Positions 55,653-64,000 of a stretch of 64,000 bases of DNA are shown here, piece after piece. The notes below the pieces were generated by a model, which saw only the letters and a program-made list of their open reading frames with translations, was not told the origin of the DNA and did not search any database. This stretch comes from Eledone cirrhosa (lineage: Eukaryota). The translations under genes and the position numbers were made by a program. Numbering within the stretch: the stretch's first letter is position 1; every line of letters begins with the position of its first letter. The stretch is from NCBI GenBank assembly GCA_964016885.1, contig OZ024746.1, positions 37,820,001 through 37,884,000 of the forward strand, written 5' to 3'.

Positions 55653-58330
55653 TAGATAAATCTACCAAGAGTTTACGGTAGTGTCCAATCCGTATGAAGA
55701 ACTCAATGTATTCCGGATATCATGGAAAGAAGAGATGCAATGAAAAGTCACTTTCGGTGAAAGATAAACGGAATACAGAGTCAAGATAAAATATTAAACA
55801 TAAATGAAAGGGGGGGTGGAGAAGGGGATTATAGTAAATATATGTTTCAAGAAACATAGAATATTAATCTGTATTTGGATCACAATATATGTTTTTACAT
55901 AGTTTCAGTGTTAGGAAATGCAAGAAATAAGGCAAAATTATGCATTTCAAAATAAGTATACCATTGATTATAAGTTAACTAAACTAAAGATAGTTAACAT
56001 ATTGATTTCTAAGGTGTAAATTAGTTAGGTTTATAATATTTGAAGCAGAATTTTGAAGTTAAATAGTAGTAGAGTATTAATTATAGTATAACTAAATTAA
56101 AATTATTAACGTTATGGTATCAATATTAGGAAATGAATTTAGTAATAGGGAAAAAACAAATAAAGTATTACATCGGTAGTAGAATATAAATTATAGGTTA
56201 ACTAAATTAAAAATTATATATTAATTTCTATAGTATATGTTAATTAGGTATATAATAAATAAAACAGATATTGTATTTTATCAATAGCAGAATATAATTA
56301 TATGCAAATAGAAATCAAAATTAATACATATATATATACATATACATACACATATATATATACACATATATATACATACATACACATACATATACATACA
56401 TACATATACATATTTTTTCAAAAATTGCAAAGAATATATTAACTAGGTATACATCCAAAACACATCCCATTCTATGATTACATGACACTCTGCAATCCGT
56501 CTGTATTAGGATACTAATTTTAAGCCAATTAAATTAAATTTTTAGGTTGACTAAATTTAAAACCAAATTATAAATATATTTCTAAAATGTATATTAATTA
56601 GGTATATAATACTAAAAATTATTTCTCTGTCATTGAATACACGATATTTTGTTATATTTTATCTGTAAAGGAATTTTAATAAAGGGTTAAATAAATTAAA
56701 ATTAATCTATAAATTAAATTACTAAGTATATATTAGTAATGTTTAAAGGTTTTTCACAATTTATGATTACACAATATTTTATATTCTCATCTGTAGTAGA
56801 GTTTTAATTAAATTAACTTTATAGGTTAACTAACATTTAAATTAAATTATATATTAATTTCTAAAATAATGTTATTAATTAGGTTTATAATATTTAAATG
56901 TTTTTTTTAGTTTATGATTACACGATATAATTAATTCCTGTCGTTTATTTAATAGGATATCCTTAGATTTCATTATTTCAAATAGTTCTTGGGAACATAA
57001 TCTACATTCATTTCTATTATTTTGATAAGGGGTGGCTCTTTTGAGCACACTCCAGGTCAAATCATATTCTATATTCTTATTTTTATAACTATTGATTTTT
57101 TCTGCTAGAGATGTTGTATTAGCCAGTGCGGCATTTTTAAAACTATGCTTGTGGGTATTAAACCTTGTCTTAAAATTGTTAGAAGTAGCTCCTATATATG
57201 AGCAAATAGAATCTTTAGTTTTAACATTACATTTATAGACTATGTTGTTAACAAGACAATTCCCTTTTAATGGGCAGTTTGCTTTGTTTCTACAGATACA
57301 ACCTTTCGTTAATTCTGTATTTGAGGAGATATTATGGTTAGTTTGATGTATTGGTGGTATACTTATGGTTTTCTTACATTTATATGCATTATAGGCACTT
57401 ATATTTTGTTTTATGTTATTTGTTGTTGAGTATGAGAATTTAACTGTAGACCTATTTAAGATTTGATGGTATTTGTGGTTTGGCGGGAAGTTTTTCTCTA
57501 GGATATAAAAAAATTTTTTAGCAATATTATCCTTAATTTGTAAATTAAATGGAGCATTATACCAAGTAACCCGTCTATTACGGTTTCTATGTTGTTTATT
57601 ATTTTTATTATTTTTATAGGTTGTATCGTGATGTTTACTAGGAGGATTAATGTTAATGATCTCACCACAACCATTTTTAGTTATATTTGTAGATTTAGGT
57701 GTTTTATCTTTTTTATTAGGAGTTTTATTATTAATATTTATTAGAGTTGTATGATGAGTAGTTTTTTGAGAGTTACTATATTTTATATTAGAAGATTTGG
57801 TATTTTGGGGTATAGTGTGGGTGGCATTTAGGTGTGTACTTTTCATTTGGTGTTTGTTGGTAATATTAGGTTGTATGTTTTTAGTATTTTTAGTAGAAGG
57901 TATATATTCTAATCTATTTTTGTGGCCACTTCTATCTAGAGCTTCGTTATAGAAGGTCGCATTTTTATCAAATACATCTTGGTTAGAAGAAAGGTTAGAA
58001 ATTCTAAGTGATATATTATATGCAAGGTTTTTAAGGATAGATTTAGGGTGATTAGATTGTGAGTGTATGTAATGTAAGTTTTGGTTTGGTTTATGGTAAG
58101 GTTGGTAGATACCCGTAGCTAAATCTAAAGTTATATCTAGGAAATTTACTACTTTACTTGTTTTTTCAAAAGTAATAAGAAGATTATAATAGTCTTTAAG
58201 GAAAGTTCTAATATGTTTTTTGTTTTTTTTCTATTTCTGAAAGGCTAAGGTTGTTAGAAAGAAGAAGACAGCCATCACGATATAAACCAACTTTAAGGTG
58301 GGGAAAGGAGGCATTTATGTTGAAAATATT
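55653..58330 (-). mobile_element. 5'-truncated PLE (CxCx5C linker type)
   Basis: ORF 56875-57846 (VTWYNAPF, CICRNKANCPLKGNC, IVYKC..YIGATSNNFKTRF); upstream remnants GLYRDGC, VNFLDITLDL, YHKPNQNLHYIHSQSNHP. Confidence 0.88.
56875..57846 (-). CDS. PLE linker and GIY-YIG endonuclease (part of a disrupted longer ORF)
   Basis: GIY-YIG motifs and CRLC..E..LNKR C-terminus. Confidence 0.8.
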   Translation of the reverse strand: MKSTHLNATHTIPQNTKSSNIKYSNSQKTTHHTTLININNKTPNKKDKTPKSTNITKNGCGEIININPPSKHHDTTYKNNKNNKQHRNRNRRVTWYNAPFNLQIKDNIAKKFFYILEKNFPPNHKYHQILNRSTVKFSYSTTNNIKQNISAYNAYKCKKTISIPPIHQTNHNISSNTELTKGCICRNKANCPLKGNCLVNNIVYKCNVKTKDSICSYIGATSNNFKTRFNTHKHSFKNAALANTTSLAEKINSYKNKNIEYDLTWSVLKRATPYQNNRNECRLCSQELFEIMKSKDILLNKRQELIISCNHKLKKTFKYYKPN

Positions 58331-58983
58331 AAACATATATCTTTATATATGTGTATGTGTATGTATGTGTAGGTGTGTGTGTGTGTGTGACTATATATGT
58401 ATGTGTGTATGTGTGTATGTATGTATGTGTATGTGTGTGTACATGTATGTATATGTATATATATATGTATGTATATATATGTGTATATATATATATGTGT
58501 ATATATATATATGTATATGTATCTCTATTCGTATGTGTATATGTGTATATGTATATACCTTTTTCTTTGTATGTCTGAGTTGTGTGAGAGTGTAGTGGTG
58601 TTTGTATGTATATACGGATATATGGATGCGTAAGTATTTGTATATATGCGTATATGTAAGTGTGTATGTGTGTGTGAATATATATCTATGTCTATGTATG
58701 AGTATGTATGTGTGTGTATGTATGTGTATATGTGTGTATGTATGTATGTATGTCTGTATGTATATGTGTGTATATATATGTATGTATGTGTATGTCTGTA
58801 TGTATATAAGTATGTATGTGTATGTATATGTGCGTGTATGTGTATATATGTGTGTGTATATATGTGTATGTGTATACATGTGTATATATGTGTGTATACA
58901 TATATATATGTATGTGTGTATATGTGTGTATATATATATATGTATATGTTTATATATGTGTGTGTGTGTGTGTTGTATGTGTA

Positions 58984-59031
<48 letters not shown>

Positions 59032-59640
59032 CTTGATATATTTCTTTTTTCTTTTTTCTTTTTCTTTTCTTTTCTTTTTATTTCTAAGTTTATAGATACA
59101 TCTATAAATAAGCAGTCTGCCGAAACCGTTGAATACTGACCTCTCCCCCCCTCCCACCTAATTTCTGTATCTTGATCTAAATGTGTGTGGCAGTGTTTAT
59201 GTGCGTGCATTAATATCCATGTGCTTATGATAATATTATATCCACATATATATGTGTGTGGGGGTGTGTGTGTGTATGTATGTTCGTAATTATGTGTATG
59301 TTTATGCATATACGCGCGTGTGTGTGTGAGTGTACGGATATGTGTGAGTATGTGAATGTGTGTATACACTTATTTCATATTTATGTGTCTATACGCATTT
59401 TATCTGTGGATTATAAACTTACAGAGACATTAGCCTTGAATTTTTGTATTTGCATACATCTTTTTGGCATGCGTATGCATGTTGAGCATATATCTTTGTA
59501 TAAATATGTGTACGAAGTTAATTACATGTATATACACACACCAAACTGCATAACATTTTTTGTATTTTCATTGGTCAATTTGAACTCCGTTCCCAAACGG
59601 ACCTGAAATTTTGAATTGTTGTTATTATCAATAAATATAT

Positions 59641-59795
59641 TTCATTATTTCTGAAGACGGCATATATGTGTGTTTGGTATGTATATTTAATCTTGATAGT
59701 TTGTATAATTTTGTATAATTTTGTACATAGATCTGTTGAATATGCATGCCAATTCTAACCCATATATTTCCTAGAAACGATCGTTAAATAATGAA
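59641..59795 (+). ncRNA. Hammerhead-like motif with a ~116-nt domain II
   Basis: UUCAUUAUUU-CUGAAGA-[116 nt]-GAAA-CGAUCG-UU-AAAUAAUGAA (10-bp stem I). Confidence 0.6.
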
Positions 59796-59849
59796 CTTTT
59801 TTTGTTTAATATAAGGAACTGTTTCATTGTTTTATTCATTATTTGTTTA

Positions 59850-59898
<49 letters not shown>

Positions 59899-59962
59899 AG
59901 GATGAATATAAAATGAAAGTGCTTTTGTTAAAAAAGGAGTCTATTAGGTATTGATAACCTGA

Positions 59963-60035
<73 letters not shown>

Positions 60036-60103
60036 TATATTCATATATACATATATGCATATATATATATTCATATATATATATGCATATATATATTCAT
60101 ATA

Positions 60104-60195
<92 letters not shown>

Positions 60196-60247
60196 TATAT
60201 ATATATATATATTCATATATATATACATTCATATATATATACATTCA

Positions 60248-60291
<44 letters not shown>

Positions 60292-60453
60292 TATTCATTT
60301 ATATATATATATTCATATATATATATATATAATCATATGTATATATATATATTCATATGTATATATGTATATATATATATATATATATATAATCATATAT
60401 ATATATATTCATATATATATATAATCATATATATATATATTCATATATATATA

Positions 60454-60487
<34 letters not shown>

Positions 60488-60576
60488 TATATATATATAA
60501 TCATATATATATATAATCATATATATATATATATTCAAATATATATATATATAAATATATATATATATATTCAAAT

Positions 60577-60613
<37 letters not shown>

Positions 60614-60639
60614 CATATATATATTCCCATATAAATATA

Positions 60640-60677
<38 letters not shown>

Positions 60678-60735
60678 CATATATATATATTCATATATAT
60701 ATATATATATATATATATAATCATATATATATATA

Positions 60736-60771
<36 letters not shown>

Positions 60772-60774
<3 letters not shown>

Positions 60775-63316
60775 AATTAAGTTAAAGATGTACATCCATA
60801 TATGTATACTGAAATACTAGTATGTATATGAATACACACACGTATACATATGTAGATGTACCAAGTTTTTTCACTGGTCACTTTACTGTGAGTGGCCAGC
60901 TATTCTGTATGTAAACACACAGACAAACCGGTTTTTAGAGTCATACTGGTTTTTGAGGAAACACCTTTCCTCTATTCTCCAGAAAGCCAGACAAGGAATA
61001 TTGAACTAGTTTCGTTGTTGTTACAACTCATCAGCAATATTTACCTATCTTCCGGCCTCTCTAGAGAATCGTAAAAGCACATATCGTTATATGCTTTTTC
61101 TATGAAAATTAGTAGTGGGCAGACTAATTTGCATAGAGTGTGAGTAAGTACCGGTTCAACGGAGACGATAAAAACAAATAACGAAACGAAATTAAATTTC
61201 GTTTCGTTTGTAACTCACTTTTGTATGACTGACGCTTAAACAATTAAGTTAAAGATGTACATCCATATATGTATACTGAAATACTAGTATGTATATGAAT
61301 ACACATATGTATACGTGTGTGTATTCATATACATACTAGTATTTCAGTATACATATATGGATGTACATCTTTAACTTAATTGTTTAAGCGTCAGTCATAC
61401 AAAAGTGAGTTACAAACGAAACGAAATTTAATTTCGTTTCGTTATTTGTTTTTATCGTCTCCGTTGAACCGGTACTTACTCACACTCTATGCAAATTAGT
61501 CTGCCCACTACTAATTTTCATAGAAAAAGCATATAACGATATGTGCTTTTACGATTCTCTAGAGAGGCCGGAAGATAGGTAAATATTGCTGATGAGTTGT
61601 AACAACAACGAAACTAGTTCAATATTCCTTGTCTGGCTTTCTGGAGAATAGAGGAAAGGTGTTTCCTCAAAAACCAGTATGACTCTAAAAACCGGTTTGT
61701 CTGTGTGTTTACATACAGAATAGCTGGCCACTCACAGTAAAGTGACCAGTGAAAAAACTTGGTACATCTACATATGTATACGTGTGTGTATTCATATACA
61801 TACTAGTATTTCAGTATACATATATGGATGTACATCTTTAACTTAATTGTTTAAGCGTCAGTCATACAAAAGTGAGTTACAAACGAAACGAAATTTAATT
61901 TCGTTTCGTTATTTGTTTTTATCGTCTCCGTTGAACCGGTACTTACTCACACTCTATGCAAATTAGTCTGCCCACTACTAATTTTCATAGAAAAAGCATA
62001 TAACGATATGTGCTTTTACGATTCTCTAGAGAGGCCGGAAGATAGGTAAATATTGCTGATGAGTTGTAACAACAACGAAACTAGTTCAATATTCCTTGTC
62101 TGGCTTTCTGGAGAATAGAGGAAAGGTGTTTCCTCAAAAACCAGTATGACTCTAAAAACCGGTTTGTCTGTGTGTTTACATACAGAATAGCTGGCCACTC
62201 ACAGTAAAGTGACCAGTGAAAAAACTTGGTACATCTACATATGTATACGTGTGTGTATTCATATACATACTAGTATTTCAGTATACATATATGGATGTAC
62301 ATCTTTAACTTAATTGTTTAAGCGTCAGTCATACAAAAGTGAGTTACAAACGAAACGAAATTTAATTTCGTTTCGTTATTTGTTTTTATCGTCTCCGTTG
62401 AACCGGTACTTACTCACACTCTATGCAAATTAGTCTGCCCACTACTAATTTTCATAGAAAAAGCATATAACGATATGTGCTTTTACGATTCTCTAGAGAG
62501 GTCGGAAGATAGGTAAATATTGCTGATGAGTTGTAACAACAACGAAACTAGTTCAATATTCCTTGTCTGGCTTTCTGGAGAATAGAGGAAAGGTGTTTCC
62601 TCAAAAACCAGTATGACTCTAAAAACCGGTTTGTCTGTGTGTTTACATACAGAATAGCTGGCCACTCACAGTAAAGTGACCAGTGAAAAAACTTGGTACA
62701 TCTACATATGTATACGTGTGTGTATTCATATACATACTAGTATTTCAGTATACATATATGGATGTACATCTTTAACTTAATTGTTTAAGCGTCAGTCATA
62801 CAAAAGTGAGTTACAAACGAAACGAAATTTAATTTCGTTTCGTTATTTGTTTTTATCGTCTCCGTTGAACCGGTACTTACTCACACTCTATGCAAATTAG
62901 TCTGCCCACTACTAATTTTCATAGAAAAAGCATATAACGATATGTGCTTTTACGATTCTCTAGAGAGGCCGGAAGATAGGTAAATATTGCTGATGAGTTG
63001 TAACAACAACGAAACTAGTTCAATATTCCTTGTCTGGCTTTCTGGAGAATAGAGGAAAGGTGTTTCCTAAAAAACCAGTATGACTCTAAAAACCGGTTTG
63101 TCTGTGTGTTTACATACAGAATAGCTGGCCACTCACAGTAAAGTGACCAGTGAAAAAACTTGGTACATCTACATATGTATACGTGTGTGTATTCATATAC
63201 ATACTAGTATTTCAGTATACATATATGGATGTACATCTTTAACTTAATTGTTTAAGCGTCAGTCATACAAAAGTGAGTTACAAACGAAACGAAATTTAAT
63301 TTCGTTTCGTTATTTG

Positions 63317-63321
<5 letters not shown>
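60772..63321 (+). mobile_element. 467-bp retrozyme-like tandem array (~4.3 units) preceded by a ~530-bp inverted arm
   Basis: Identical motifs every 467 nt (61549, 62016, 62483); 60772-61305 is the reverse complement of ~61318-61851; flanked by (TA)n. Confidence 0.93.
61582..61626 (+). ncRNA. Canonical type-I hammerhead, one per unit; also at 62049-62093, 62516-62560, 62983-63027 and 60997-61041(-)
   Basis: AAUAUUG-CUGAUGA-GUUGU-AACA-ACAAC-GAAA-CUAG-UU-CAAUAUU. Confidence 0.92.
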
Positions 63322-63348
<27 letters not shown>

Positions 63349-63417
63349 ATCATATATATATATATTTCATATATATATATATATATATTCATATATATCT
63401 ATATATATTTATATATA

Positions 63418-63481
<64 letters not shown>

Positions 63482-63487
63482 CATATA

Positions 63488-63700
63488 TCATCATCATCAT
63501 CATCATCACCGTTTTACGTCCGTTCTTCCACGCTAGCATGGGTTAGACGGGTTGTCCTGTTGTGGGCAGTGTCTGGTCGGCTGACCATGCCTTGCTCATA
63601 CAGGAACTGATCTGGCTTGATTTCTACAGCTGGATGCCCTTCCTAACACCAACCTCATTTACAGTGAGTGCTGGGTGCTTTTTCGTGGCGCCTACACGTC
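63488..63700 (-). mobile_element. SINE/LINE 3' end with (GAT)n tail
   Basis: (CAT)n followed by 'cgttttacgtccgttcttccacgctagcatgggttagacgg' and 'ggatgcccttcctaacaccaacc'; recognised from memory as a common octopus retroposon tail. Confidence 0.6.
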
Positions 63701-64000
63701 CACTTTACAGTGTGGGCTGGGAGCTTTTTTGCCGTGGCACCTCCACGACCACCTTGCGGTGGGGGGGGGGGGGGGCATATTGTTTATATGCTTCAGCATG
63801 TACCCATGGGAGGTCGGGTACCCTGTATTACTGCGTGACGCCATATATATAAATATGGTGCTTGTTAAACTCAGATCCATGGTGAGGGTGCTGTTATACA
63901 CACTCTCCAAATATCAGAGTAACCATATCATCTGGCAGTGAATTAATTCTATAGGTGTATCGGCCTCTTTTACTGTGATACCAGTGCTACACGGAGCCAC

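Noticed and set aside
60892-62665. Repeated 60-aa ORF MASYSVCK...
   Set aside because: GTG start, antisense to the ribozyme strand, and repeated only because the unit is repeated; no motif

Overview
AT-rich eukaryotic non-coding DNA with no recognisable host gene. It is probably cephalopod/Octopus, inferred only from SINE-like motifs at ~24.4-24.8 kb and ~63.5 kb and the very high (TA)n/(TG)n content. The window is a nest of Penelope-like retroelements (PLEs; RT plus C-terminal GIY-YIG endonuclease) from at least four families, together with many non-coding 420-660 bp tandem-repeat elements. Nearly every insertion is flanked on both sides by (TA)n tracts. Read by eye, more than ten distinct minimal type-I hammerhead ribozyme (HHR) motifs lie in the PLE pseudo-LTRs and tandem units. 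Most have a short palindromic stem III, several have the covaried U3-A8 core (UUGANAA), and some have very large domain-II insertions. Many insertions show the same polarity: a long sense arm plus a short inverted copy of the 3' end at the 5' side. The most complete PLE (7.5-12.6 kb, minus strand) has an upstream ORF joined to the RT ORF by an in-phase U_UUU_UUA heptamer, a candidate programmed -1 frameshift. Most ORFs in the supplied track are microsatellite artefacts. All structures were paired by eye, and clade names are tentative.
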